A stretch of 64,000 nucleotides of DNA. Source: Lingula anatina. Its lineage: Eukaryota > Animalia > Brachiopoda. Position 1 is the first letter of the stretch, and every line of letters starts with the position of its first letter. The translations under genes were made by a program, and so were the position numbers. The notes under the pieces are model-generated. The model saw only the letters and a program-made list of their open reading frames with translations, was not told the origin of the DNA and searched no databases. Below, piece after piece: positions 22,501-34,667 of the stretch. The stretch lies in contig CM120640.1 in the NCBI GenBank assembly GCA_051362555.1, positions 26,150,225 through 26,214,224 on the forward strand, in the 5' to 3' direction.

Positions 22501-23461
22501 AACTGATGCAGACTGCACAAATGGTTCTGAAAGAGGCAAGTCTTAATCCAAAAAATAATATAACCTAGATCTATATAAAATGGGGAAATTACTATTTAGC
22601 AGTCTGTTGCATCTTACAGTCTAAAATAATGAAAGAAAAGCATTTGAGAACTTTTTTCTTCTTGAAAAGATTTTTTTCACTTCTGTTTTTGTTGATGATT
22701 TTATTTCCTCAGGTTTTACACCTGGTGTCATTAATAAAATTTTATACGCAATTACTTTTTTTTGTAATACAATGACTTCTCAACTTAAATCATGTTAAGT
22801 ACACTCATTTAATTTTACAGGCAGGTCAAGTTGTAGGTGATATTGTAGATGAACATCCCCAGAACAGTTTAAGAAGTAGAGTTAAAGGAACTGTAAAGGA
22901 GATACGAGATGATCATTCAAAGCAAAGGGAGACAGTATCTAATAGCAATGAATGCTTGAAAATGATGCAAAGAACAGAAATCAAGAGATTAGACCACTTA
23001 GACTCCCATTCTATGAGTGTTAATTCAGACATGCCCTCTCAGGTACATAGTGGAAATTATGTAAACATAGGAAGCGACAAAGAACATAAACAATCTGCCC
23101 CAGCGGGAAATATGTCAACTATTTTAGATGGCATAATCAGCAAGGTTGACAAAAGGCCACCTCCAAAAAGCAAAAGGTGAGTACTTTTTGTCCATACAAC
23201 CTCCCTGTCATATACTTAAAATCCTAAATTTAAACTCATGACTGAATGGTCAGATAATTTTGTCTGAAAAATGAGGCTTACCATTATTTTTTTCAAATGG
23301 ACAATATTGGATGTTTGATCTAAAAACAATTTTTGTTTCATTTCAGAAAAAGTGTTGGAAGGATTTCACCTGGATTGTTGGATTTTACAATTGACACATC
23401 CACAGCCGATTCAGGAAGCATATCAAATATTAGATACGATTGCAAAACACAACCAAGTTAA
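10521..23461 (+). CDS. Uncharacterised ~681-aa protein: PNK-like (AAA_33-type) P-loop domain + degenerate HAD domain + CYREN/MRI-like Ku-binding module
   Basis: 14 phase-compatible exons (10521-10571, 17242-17373, 18645-18722, 18936-19146, 19446-19519, 19641-19797, 20150-20358, 20497-20568, 20935-20964, 21193-21401, 21665-21940, 22460-22535, 22821-23176, 23347-23461) give 2046 nt with no internal stop. Motifs: LLFVGPPSV|GKT, GKRVAVDGEN..RKCYI, PKESEG, PGLFIEWQSLL, RVIIIFDG, ATAAGVKHI, KTRDLPKWML, TVYVLDEDELMQTAQMVLKE. Confidence 0.8.
11518..12890 (+). repeat. Three tandem 458-bp copies of the transposase C-terminal segment
   Basis: ORF starts at 11563, 12021 and 12479, exactly 458 bp apart; each encodes WRNNNWES(I/F)NHVLK..., the catalytic Glu region. 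Confidence 0.92.
13200..15320 (+). pseudogene. Frameshifted MULE-type DDE transposase
   Basis: GVDKT (first D, ~14020), HPLFIGPMFIHGNS, IGSDEKKALRKA (second D), CQQH (CxxH) and TNNNCESFNH (E, ~14930). Many stops and frameshifts, plus an internal duplication (~14517-14885 repeats parts of 13883-14510). Confidence 0.75.
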
Positions 23462-23937
23462 GAATTAATGACATTAGGAAAGACATTAATTAAGAAAGCT
23501 TTCTATAAAAGCCATTGTTTTTACTTAGGACATATGGTATAGACCCCCATCAAGAATATATTACCATTGACCCCATGAATAGTCAACATGAAAAAAATCA
23601 AACATGGAATATGTTATTCATTTTATATATTAAATAAGATTAAAAGGCCCCGATACTTCAGATTTTATTTTCTTATTAAGTATATAACCACTATTACTCT
23701 GTGATGTAACACTTAAATAGTATTGTCTATGGCACTCTGGGCATTATACTTTGATGGCTAGGCAGGCCCCATCCTGGTGATGCATTCTGTTTCAATCTGG
23801 AAAAGGTAAATCTGGTCATCAGGCTTTCTGAATAGTTCAATACAAACAAAATCTATTCATGATGTGACATTCTTTAGTGGACTTAACAATTATGAATAAT
23901 AACTTATGCCGACTGAAAATGTCAGCATTAGGAAGTC

Positions 23938-25050
23938 TTTTTTATGTACAGACACAGATGTGTCTGTACATATTGCCATCACCTGTGTCTGTCGTCGCCG
24001 TCGTCGCCGATGCCGATGCTGATGCCGATGCCGATGCCGATGGCAATGCCGTCGCCGTGCACTTTCACTGTAAACACGATAAGTGGAACACAGTTTTATT
24101 TTTTGCTTTTATATTTACAGAGCTGATGAATATTCATAAAACGCAGGTCAAGTTCGAAAATCAGCATGATCGGGCCATTATTGTAGAAGTTATGCTGTTT
24201 TATCACTTTTCAGCATATATGCAACCCTGTAAACACATTTTAAGGAAAACCGTTAGGCCTGTTGTCATGAAACTCACAAGAGTAATCAATCTTACTAAAA
24301 CGCAGGTCAAGTTCGAAAATTGGCATGATCGGGCCACTATTTTACTATTTATGCTGTTTTTTTCCTTTTTTTCAGCATATATGCAACACTGTAAACACAA
24401 TATAAGAAAAACCGATAGGCCAATTGCCATTAAACTCACAGGAGTGGTCAGTCTTACTAAAATGCAGGTCGAGTTCGAAAATCAGCATAATCGGGCCATT
24501 ATTTAAGAAGTTATGCTGTTTTTTCACATTTCCTCAGATTCAATTCTTAGGCATGTTAACAGTCTTTTTATTTTACTAATAAGATACATTAAAGTGTTTG
24601 TTTGACATTTCCTGCATCTTTACAACATTGTTAGTTGATTATGTAAAAATGATGGTAAACTTGTTATCGTGTATTGTGTAATAAAGTGTCAAAAATGGAA
24701 ATAAACTCATATCATTGCAGTTTGTCAGATTCAATCATTCACTATGTTCAGAATCTCAGAATGGAGGAAATTGGACATTTAACACTGTTCTATTGATATT
24801 TTTCCCATCTCATCAATTATCTTAGTTGATCATATAAAAATTGCAGTAAACTGTTCATTTTGTTTTATGTTAAAAAAGTGTTAAAAATGGAAATAAACCC
24901 ATTTCAGAACAGTGCTGTCTTGTTAAAATTTGATGTTGGATTTGAAGTTTAACAATATGTACTTTTGCATCAGAATTGGCAGTAGCCTATTTTGTGCATA
25001 GTTATTTCCTGCTTTTTGTCTGTACATTTGACAGCTTTGCTGCCTTGTTT
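23938..25050 (+). mobile_element. HINE family 1, complete copy
   Basis: TTTTT-ATGTACAGACA/TGTCTGTACAT head, (GCCGAT)n, internal subrepeats, ends TGTCTGTACATTTGACAGCTTTGCTGCCTTGTTT. Confidence 0.85.
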
Positions 25051-25096
25051 AAAAAAAATAACAAAATTCAAAAGAGCACTGTAAGATTTGGCCTCA

Positions 25097-26433
25097 TTTT
25101 TATGTACAGACACAGATGTGTCTGTACATATTGCCATCACCTGCGTCTGTCGACGCCGTCGCCGATGGCGATGCCGATGGCGATGCCGATGCCGGCGCCA
25201 TGCACTTTCCTTGTAAACACCATAAGTGGAGGGCAGTTTTACTTTTTGGCTTTATATTTACAGAGCTGATGAATATTCATAAAACGCAGGTCAAGTTCGA
25301 AAATCAGCATGATCGGGCCATTATTGTAGAAGTTATGCTGTTTTTTCACTTTTCAGCATATTTTTCACATTTCCTCAGATTCAATTCTTAGGCATGTTAA
25401 CAGTCTCATTATTAAACTAATAAGATACGTAAAAGTTTTTGTTTGACATTTCCTGCATCTTTATAACATTGTTAGTTGATTTTGTAAAAATGATGGTAAA
25501 CTTGTTATCGTGTATTGTGTAATAAAGTTTCAAAAATGGAAATAAACTCATATCATTGCAGTTTGTCAGATTCAATCATTCACTGTGTTCAGAATCTCAG
25601 AATGGAAGAAATTGGACATTTAACACTGCTCTATTGATATTTTTCCCATCTCATCAATTTTCTTAGTTGATTATATAAAAATGGCAGTAAACTGTTAATT
25701 TTGTTTTATGTTAAAAATTGTTAAATATGGAAAAAAAAAACATTTCAGAACAGTGCTGTCTTGTTTACATTTTGGCATTTTCAAGTTGTGTCTTTGAAGT
25801 TCCATGGGCCTGAAGACCTTTGCTAGTCACATTTTCTGAATATCTATGATACTAATATTTTATTATTAAAAATTGATGGTAATTATGCTGTTAAACATTA
25901 TGTAATATTGCATCAAAATTTGAAAAAAACCTATTTTGGGCACTGCTCCCATGATGATCATTTAAGAAAAACCATGTCACTTACTGTTCTCAAACAGTAA
26001 AGTAAATATATATATAGATGTGTCTGTACATATTGCCATCACCTGCGTCTGTCGTCCCCGTCATCGCCGTCACCGGCGCCGTGCACTTTCATTGTAAACA
26101 CGATAAGTGGAAGGCAGTTTTACTTTTTGGTTTTATATTTACAGAGCTGATGAATATTCATAAAACGCAGGCCAAGTTCGACAATCAGCATGATCAGGTC
26201 ATTATTGTAGAAGTTATGCTTTATTTTTCACTTTTCAGCATATATGCAACACTGTAAACACATTCCAAGGAAAACCGATAGGCCTGTTGTCATGAAACTC
26301 ACAAGAGTAATCTATCTTACTAAAACGCAGGTCAAGTTAGAAAATCGGCATGATCAGGCCACTATTTTAGTAGTTATGCTTTTTTTTTCACTTTTCAGCA
26401 TATATGCAACACTGTAAACACAATATAAGAAAA
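25097..26433 (+). mobile_element. HINE family 1, two heads (25097 and ~26016), interrupted at 26433
   Basis: Same head and body as the 23938 copy; the body stops at ...caatataagaaaaa. Confidence 0.8.
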
Positions 26434-27175
26434 AGGCAGCAAAGCTGTCAAATGTACAGACAAAAAACAGAAAATAAAGATGCAAAATAGGTCATTTTGT
26501 CAATTTTGATGCAATAATAAATAATGCTTATAATAGCACTGTCAGTCAACACTGAATTTTAATCATGCACAACAGGTAACATGGTCAATAACAGGAGTGG
26601 ACCCAGAGATATTGCAAAATTTACCTGCATAATTATCACTGCTTCCTTATTATTAATCTAGCAGACTGGCTTAATCTTTGGGAGTTTACAGGGAAATATC
26701 AACAACTGTGCTTTATGTAATCTCATTTAATAACCTATTAATTAGGCAAGTGACTTTATAACTCTGCACTTAGCTTAGTGATACCCAAGGGAAATTTACA
26801 GACTGACCCTCTCAAAGGTCTTTCAGGCCAGTAAGTCACATCTTAACAAAAGCAGAAAGTAATAATGCACAAAATAGGATGCTGTCAATTCTGATGCAAT
26901 AATATATTACGCTTAACTGCAAAGTCAACATCAAATTTAAATTATGCAAAACAGGTAATATGAGAAAAATGAGAATTTCACAAAAAGTTGCGTTAATTCA
27001 ATAAAAAATGATAATCCAATAGAGTTTCTTCATTTTCGTTGCAATATTACATAATGCATAATGACCATCAATTTTAATAATGAAATAAAATTATCATGGA
27101 TATTCAGACTAGCAAAGGTCTTCAAACCCATGGAAGTTCAAAGTCACACCTTGAAAATGTCGATATGTGAAAAAT
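26434..27175 (-). mobile_element. HINE family 1 3' end, opposite orientation, diverged
   Basis: Starts ggcagcaaagctgtcaaatgtacagaca (reverse complement of the 3' subTIR and hairpin), followed by diverged internal repeats. Confidence 0.7.
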
Positions 27176-29165
27176 TTAAGGATGAGTGCAGATAACCATT
27201 GGCAAAGTGCCTATCGTCAAATTTTTTTAATAATTTGCTATTATAAAGTTTATGCATATATTTGTTGTGTGAAAAAATATTATTTGGTTTGAGGCATCGT
27301 ATTTTTAATGAGTTATATGTGGGGGTGGAGGTAACCAGATTTACCTGTTGTATGCAGTCTAATATGAAACAGAGCAAGTTATTTCAGCATATATATTGCA
27401 TAAATAATTTTTTCTAATGAAACTTGTCTTGTGGTGAAAAAAAGAGTTATATGTTAAATAATTGCGATGTGGCACAAGTAAATGGGAAAGTAATTGTTTT
27501 TTTTTTGTTTGTTTGTTTGTTTTTTTAATCCTAGAGAAGAGAGGGAGGGGTGGTGTATTACAATATTTTCTCACAGAAACCATCACTGATTTCACTTAAC
27601 TGTATAAAAGTCTTGTAACTAGAAAAACTTGTATCAGCGTATTTATTAATTTTATATAACTTTTCTCACAGACCAGCATTTGTTGGTCTAAATAATTATA
27701 TTGTTAACCAATACACATTTTGTACAGAGCCCTATAGAATAGTAAAAAATGCTAAAAGCAAAAGGCTGTTACAGAAACACAAAAAAATCATGTGTTAAAG
27801 CACTCTAAACACCTATTTGGAATGTTTCCATTAACCATACAATAAACAAGGTATAAATTGTACCAAAATAATGATAAGGTAAAAGTAAAAACTAAATGAA
27901 AATGTAGTACACATAATAACAGTAATGGCCAATAATCTGTATGACAATGAAAAAAAATCACCTAAAAAGTACTTCATATATGATAATGTATGTGATAAAG
28001 ACCTTTTATAGAAAGCAATGCAAGAGTTATTTTATACAAAATATATAAATATGAGAATAAAAAATGTATAATAAACAATAGATAATTAATCAGATGTGCT
28101 GTCTGAAACACTTTCTGCCTCGCTAATACTCTCACCACTTGATGTTGGTAAATGCAAGAAGTTATAACTTCTTGGTAAATGTGAGGCATCCTACCTCCCT
28201 ACCTCCCCCCCCCCACACGCACACACACACAAACACACACGCGAAAGTTTTTTTAAACCATGTAATGCCAGTTCTGAGCTGTGAATAGGGGAACTATGGG
28301 TCGCTGCATGCCATCTTCTTTCAAGCAAATCAAAGAAATGTTAAAATATTTAAGCAATTATAAATAGTAACTAAAACATTTTAATTTAAAAATCACAGCA
28401 AGCATATTATCTTTTCGTTATCCTTTCTCCTTGCAAAATCAAAGCAACCAAAGAAACTGGACAACTCCACATAAATATTAATCGCAAAAATGTATTATCA
28501 CTTCATCTTTATTGTCATCATCTGTGAAACAAGATATGAAATGAAAGTTTCTTCAAAGTGCATTGTGGATCAGTGTATATTGTGGATAAGTGTTCCAGTG
28601 TACGCGGACAAGGTCGTTCAATGACGGCCTGGGGCAGGTTGGTAAACTTCAAGTTGATATCATGTCAACAAGATGCAAGGACACTGTCAATCACAGTTAG
28701 GGGAGAGGCATGCGTGGTTTCCCTTCAAAAACTATTATAGCCTAACATTGATTCTTCCCTCCGAAGTAAATGTGTGATTTTTTCCTTTTAAACAAAAAAG
28801 TTAAGGTATGAAAACGCTGAATGTATTTCAAACGTAGGTGTATATACAATACAAATAATGAAATCTGTGTCTCACTCTCACACGACACCCCCGCGTCCAA
28901 ACTGACAGGATGGTGGCGACAGCAACGCCCCCAGTCGACAATCTAAGATTGGAAGTCTAGGAACTGCAAGTCTTCAAAATGGTTGAATAAGTTTAAATCA
29001 GTGAAAAGGGATCCAAAAAATAGTTTTTCATTTTAATACTTATCATTCATCAGCTTTTGCATTTTATTAGATAAGGACAATAATGGCACGAGGATGGAAA
29101 AAATCTTGGTTTTGTCTAGTTTTGCTTGCTATATGCATTTATATAAAAAAATTGGGCCTCAATTC

Positions 29166-29200
<35 letters not shown>

Positions 29201-29828
29201 TAGTGCCAGTAGATAAGGATAACAATGGCACAGGAATGGGAAAAACTAGTTTTTTTCTCGTTTTACTTGTGTTATAGTCAAGAACATATACATTTATACA
29301 CAATGTACCCCTTCGTTAACATTAAGAGGTGTTGGGTTCTTAAATCTACAGTGGGATTTATTTAAGTAAGATAGTTACTTCTCTAATTTGACTCAGGAAA
29401 GTCTAGGTAACGGCTCGAGTTATTCCTGGGGCTCCATAACTTAAAAGCATCGCGTATTGCGAACGGCGATATCACATAGAGGCTACAGTGTATTACATGG
29501 GGCGAGCATGGGCAAGTAATGGAATCGAGACACTTGCGCTCAGTCGCAATGCGCGCTGCTTTCGAGTTACGGGGCCCGGGAGAGCAAAGTAACGCAGCAC
29601 CACAGCTTTGTATCAAAAAACTAAAATTCAACTCATTACCTGGACATCGGCTAGTTTTATGGAAGAAATTGGAGTGACAGAAATAGTGACGAGATTGTAA
29701 AAGTTTAAGTGAGAGGCGAAAGAGGATAATTTCTACTAATGATTAAACAAGCATACATGCGAGTCCATTTAAATTTATTTGCAAGTCTCGCTTTTTTTAG
29801 CGATCTGTACACGACCACTTTTTTTTTA

Positions 29829-29829
<1 letters not shown>

Positions 29830-29877
<48 letters not shown>
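29830..29877. repeat. Poly(A) tract (~48 nt)
   Basis: Uninterrupted A run preceded by a T run; a second A run lies at ~29173-29199. Confidence 0.95.
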
Positions 29878-29879
<2 letters not shown>

Positions 29880-32514
29880 AAATTATAGAATATTTTTTAT
29901 TCAACTATTATGTACAATTTTGAATATTTACAGTTGATTTAAAAAGGACTAATAATCAGTAATGAACTACGTAAACGCAATGAATTAATACATAGCAGTA
30001 TTATCAAAAGTTCTAAGATTTTCCATCGTCTTCATCTAGCGTCCGATAATGCAGGTCTTGTGGTCGGAAACTGGTACCAGATGCTCTCGGGCCGTGGGGA
30101 AAAAACCGTCTAAACCCTTCGTGGGGAATGCCGGGAAAGTGCCCACGCCCGGAAAATTCGGTCCTTATAACATGACGAAATCGGTTTCTATTGGCACGGC
30201 GCTGCGTACAGTTCAAGAATCGTCCCGTTTTAGACAGCATTGTGTGACGGAATAACCTTTGTCTTGACTAACTATTCTCTATATATACTATACACGAGGT
30301 GAAGCATAAAAACTTATTAAAGTAATTCTTACAGAAAAAGGCACTGAAGCCAATAAAAAACTAACAAGAGACATAACAATTAAACAGAATCATTTTGACT
30401 TTATCTTGGAGAATTAAAACCATAAATAAAGTTAATCATTTTACAACTGCAAGCATCTTTCAAAACTTGATAATAGTTCTCTTTATGATAAAATGCAAAC
30501 AGATTCAAGTAATATGATTATAACTCGGGAATATCAATGATTTCAACTAAACTTTGATATATAATTCGACTTAAAATACCAGGTTTCTAAAATGTAACTT
30601 TGCACTGAAATCGCAACTACCTGCATGATACAAGTACAGAATAAAGCAAGCTTGCTTCAAAATATTTCGGATCTCACATTACACTGTATGACCGCCCATG
30701 TAAAGTTGAATCTGAATTTTTTTGATCCGGAGAAAAGGTGCATATGTGATGAAGTGGATGTATTTGTCAACTATAACACTTGAGAAAATCTGAATATTAG
30801 TAATGTGATCTCTATCTTGAGAGATGACAGCATCTCTCAAGAAGAGCAGACTGTACAAAAAATATAATGAAATATTTTCTCACACGTAAAATATTTAATT
30901 ACAGATTTTGCACAATCTATCAATGTAAAATCTCTTCATGTAAAAGCGTTTACATGAAGTCAGATTTTACAAAGATGTGAGGGTTTGTTAGTAAGGTTAG
31001 TGTGCAGGTTAAGACCTTTTCAAATGCCATACTGACAAACAACTCCACATCATCAAAAGCACAAATTTGAAAAATGACCATCTCAGATTGAAACAAAACA
31101 CAGACGACCACAAGTGGTGGGAATGTTTTTGTGAGCAAAAAACTATCTGCATTCAGAATGTGGATAAAGCAACTCTATATTCAAATTTATTAATATAATA
31201 ATTATAGCAACTGTAGAGGTAGACTTTTCCTACAGAAGCACACATCTTATGCAATTGATCTTGTATGGAATGAAGAATTATCTTGAACCTCAGTTTTCTC
31301 TTCTGTTATTGAAATAAAATGGTTCACTGCATAAGGTATAAAATACAAATGAAATTGAAGCAATTTCACCTTGACATGTTTGTGACCCATGAACCCCAAA
31401 TATTCTCAGCATCCAAAAGACATTAGACTGTATTCAGTACTGTATATTGCCTTCATTACCATTCCACATTCTCTATATTTGTTTGCAGAAAAAGCCGTGT
31501 CCTTCAACACCAAAACTCGTGGGATGTCCGAGCATCGATGAAAGTGTCCACAGGGCTCCTTGCTAACGCTGTACAGTGTTTAACATCTTGGACATTTGGT
31601 CTTGGGTCGACGTTATCCGACATCATGCAGGCAGGCTGTTTTTATTGGAAAACTCCCAATTCGTAGCCTACAAATGAAATCCAACTTTTACTCAAAAGTA
31701 TGAAAAGCTATATCGAAAGCTTGCAGTAACTGCAACAAAGAAAGTATATCACTGGTATTTACACACCGTTAACATTAATGAAAAGCTTGGTTCTTAAAAT
31801 GATCAGAGCGTTATTTCCAAATGTACAGTGAAATATGCTTCCTTTATTGAAATATATATATTAACTTTTTAGAGTAAGTAGACAGCAGTCTTCAAAAAAT
31901 AAATTATTTCAAACATTTGACAAAAAAGTAAGAAAAGATGTTGCTATATTGAATATTGTAATGTTAGCCTACATGTTAAATTGTTGACTGTCTGTGCTAC
32001 TTCTAATTCTACTGTTTGTTTACATAGGATATAGTTTTTGATCACTGTCAATAATAAGAAATGCCATAATACACCAATAATAATACTTAAAAATTCAGAA
32101 CCACTTATTCTTGATCCCCAATAACTTACAAAGTTATCTTTATAAAGATCCCTCAATCCTGAAGAAGTGTTTCATCTGGAGGTTTGGTAGTTGCAATCTT
32201 CATTTTTAGAATCCACCACTTTTGGTAGCCTGCAAATTTAAATTATTACTTCAAAATGTAATAAAAGTCAACCATTTGTATATGAAATGTGTTTTTAAAG
32301 TTTCAGCAGTTTGATGGGAAATAAATATCAAAAGCACTTTTGTCACAAACTTGGAAAAAACATTCAAGCGAAATATTTTGACATGCCACTGGCGACCTTC
32401 AGACTTAATGTCACAATGGGGTATTGCACAAATTAGTTTTAACGAAGGAAAAGGAATACTAACAGCATTTAAACGACTACTCAAAGACAAGTTTAAGTAA
32501 AGCCTGAACAATCT

Positions 32515-33245
32515 AGATCCAGCGGGAGGAGTGTACTAGTATTCCATCAAGTGTTTAATTTGTGAAGGATTTATATGGGAGAGAAAGAGAAAGTTGAACG
32601 TTAGAGTTAAAGAACACGGGAAGGAATAAGAAAGGGTACCCGAAGAGGGAAAAATACACTACAGCCCAAGGTAGCCTTCTGCTACAACGAACCATCACAA
32701 AAAAACATTGATTGGGAGAGTGCCAAGATTCTACAAAAAGAAAGTGACTGGAGAACAAGAGGCGTAAAGGGAGGCATATAAACCAGGAAAATGCCTAACA
32801 ATCTGAACAATATAGAGAGATGGAAATAAATACTCACTTCTACGGTGGCCTTTTATTACCACAACCACAGCACTGGAGGTGGGGGTGGTAGCTGCTAGTA
32901 TACAATTTCTGGACCAGTGACAACGTCCCGGAGTCACATTGGTGGTGGGTGTTGGGGGCGGTAGCTCCAAGTAATCTGGACCAGTAACCACGCCCTGGAG
33001 TCACATTGGTGGTGGTGGGTGGTGGGGGCGGTAGCTCCAAGTAATCTGGACCAGTGACCACGCCTCGGAGTCACATTGGTGGTGGTGGGTGGTGGGAGCG
33101 GTAGCTCCAAGTAATCTGGACCAGTGACCACGCCTCGGAGTCACATTGGTGGTGGTGGGTGGTGGGGGCGGTAGCTCCAAGTAATCTCGACCATTGACAA
33201 CGTTCTGCAGAATATCGAGACTGTTGAGGATCTGAAAGTTGACGA
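32515..33245 (+). mobile_element. Penelope-like retroelement 3' remnant (degenerate GIY-YIG endonuclease)
   Basis: With frameshifts it reads GV(Y)..KCLICEGF(Y)MGE..RKLNVRVKEH...HKKNIDWESAKILQKESDWRTRGVK(E)A..NNLN..RDGNKYSL, the typical PLE GIY-YIG pattern. Confidence 0.7.
32909..33200. repeat. ~70-bp G-rich minisatellite, ~4 copies
   Basis: Unit ctggaccagtgaccacgcctcggagtcacattggtggtggtgggtggtgggggcggtagctccaagtaat at ~32909, 32976, 33046, 33116 and a partial at 33186. Confidence 0.92.
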
Positions 33246-34667
33246 ATGGCATGTCAAATATTTTGTATGAATGATAAGGTTTTTCCACATCTGTGACAAA
33301 TTAAAAGAGCTTTTTACCTGTGAAAAATGAGCACTGAATTTGCTAGAGTAAATTGTAAATGGAAAACAAATGCCTGCACCGAGTGACAGGTCCCAAACAT
33401 TCTTAAAACAATTGTCTAAGACCTTGCACAAAATGCTCAGTTTGTTGGAGTTGCACTGATAAAAGATTTGTATTATCTATACAATGAATGACAATCTAGT
33501 TCATTTACCCTTATCCTGTCCCATAACTTACCTTGAATGCTCTCTAATCACAATTATTGAAGGGCTCTTGAAACACTATATGATATAGCTGACATGGCTT
33601 TCTCCCTTTTAGCCTTGTTAACCTTGTTAAAATGGACCGTCATCAGGACAGGCGCTCCCCAATGCTATCTGCCTCAACTACAAAATAAAAAATTATAAGT
33701 CAAAAGTTTCCCTCTTTACTTCTCCCACCCAAATCCAATCTACTAACCATAAATATCTTAATCCTAGGAGTGGGTAATGGGTAAAAGACATTGACATTGC
33801 CTTCTGAATGTGAGCTGTCAAATTAATGTGGCTAACGGTTTTTAGTTTTTCAAGGTATGAAAAATCACTTAAGTGTTTTGTTTTCCCCAAAAAACATGAG
33901 TGATATGTACCTTTTAAAGCTTGATAGGTTTCCATCTCTGTGAAACGCCATATGCTTCTGCTGCTCCCCCATGCAGCCCCCTAACATACAGACCATGGCA
34001 AGACTCAACCATGCACCAAGGATTGAATGTGACCCTCTTCTTGCACCTCTTTCAAAAAAGCGGGACTTTATCAGGAATTGCCCTAATTGAGTTCTGTAAA
34101 TAGAAAGGAAAATTTGATAAGTTTTCAAAAATTGTATATCAAAAGCAGTCTGCAGCCAGAAAAATTGTTGGAATCGGTAGATTTCCAGAATGTGTCAATT
34201 TGGTGACATGGCTGTTAGATTTTATCTATAAGTATGAAAAAGAGCTTTTGATTTATTTTAAATGTAACTGTTACATCATGATTCGAGAAAAATGTCAAGG
34301 TCTTGTTAATACAAATATTAATGCAATCCAGTCTAGTCCTATTGAACTTTGTATTCGAACCAGTGAATCAAAATTCAGACATCTATATCTAGTTTTTAGG
34401 AAAGAAGGTGGACTGAATGGCCAGTAGGGTGAAAAATTTATGGCACAGACTGCTGCTGAAAAATTAATTTTAGTGTATTGTTCTCGCCAGTAACACGGGT
34501 TACCTTGCAGGTTTTTCCGCCTCAGTGAAACACCATATGCTTCAGACGCTTCTCCAATGCAGCCTCCTCAACAGACCGTGGCAGGACTCACTGGCACCAA
34601 GGATTGAGGGATGTATCGGAAGTGTGCACGTGGCCCTCTTCTCCTTGCAGTTGCCATGAAACGTTGG

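Noticed and set aside
23877-24506. Recurrent ORF family [15 protein letters not shown]… (also at 6142, 7233, 25116, 26018, 45305) as a multigene family
   Set aside because: All copies lie inside HINEs, vary by frameshifts and translate the microsatellite; they are incidental ORFs.
29395-29655. RNase P/MRP or telomerase RNA call
   Set aside because: Only a CR-I-like word is present; there is no CR-V/P4 partner and no telomeric template. Kept only as an unassigned structured candidate.
32731-33431. Proline/threonine-rich ORFs (LELPPPPPTTTNVTP)
   Set aside because: Translations of the 70-bp minisatellite; the unit is not a multiple of 3 and there is no splice or homology support.
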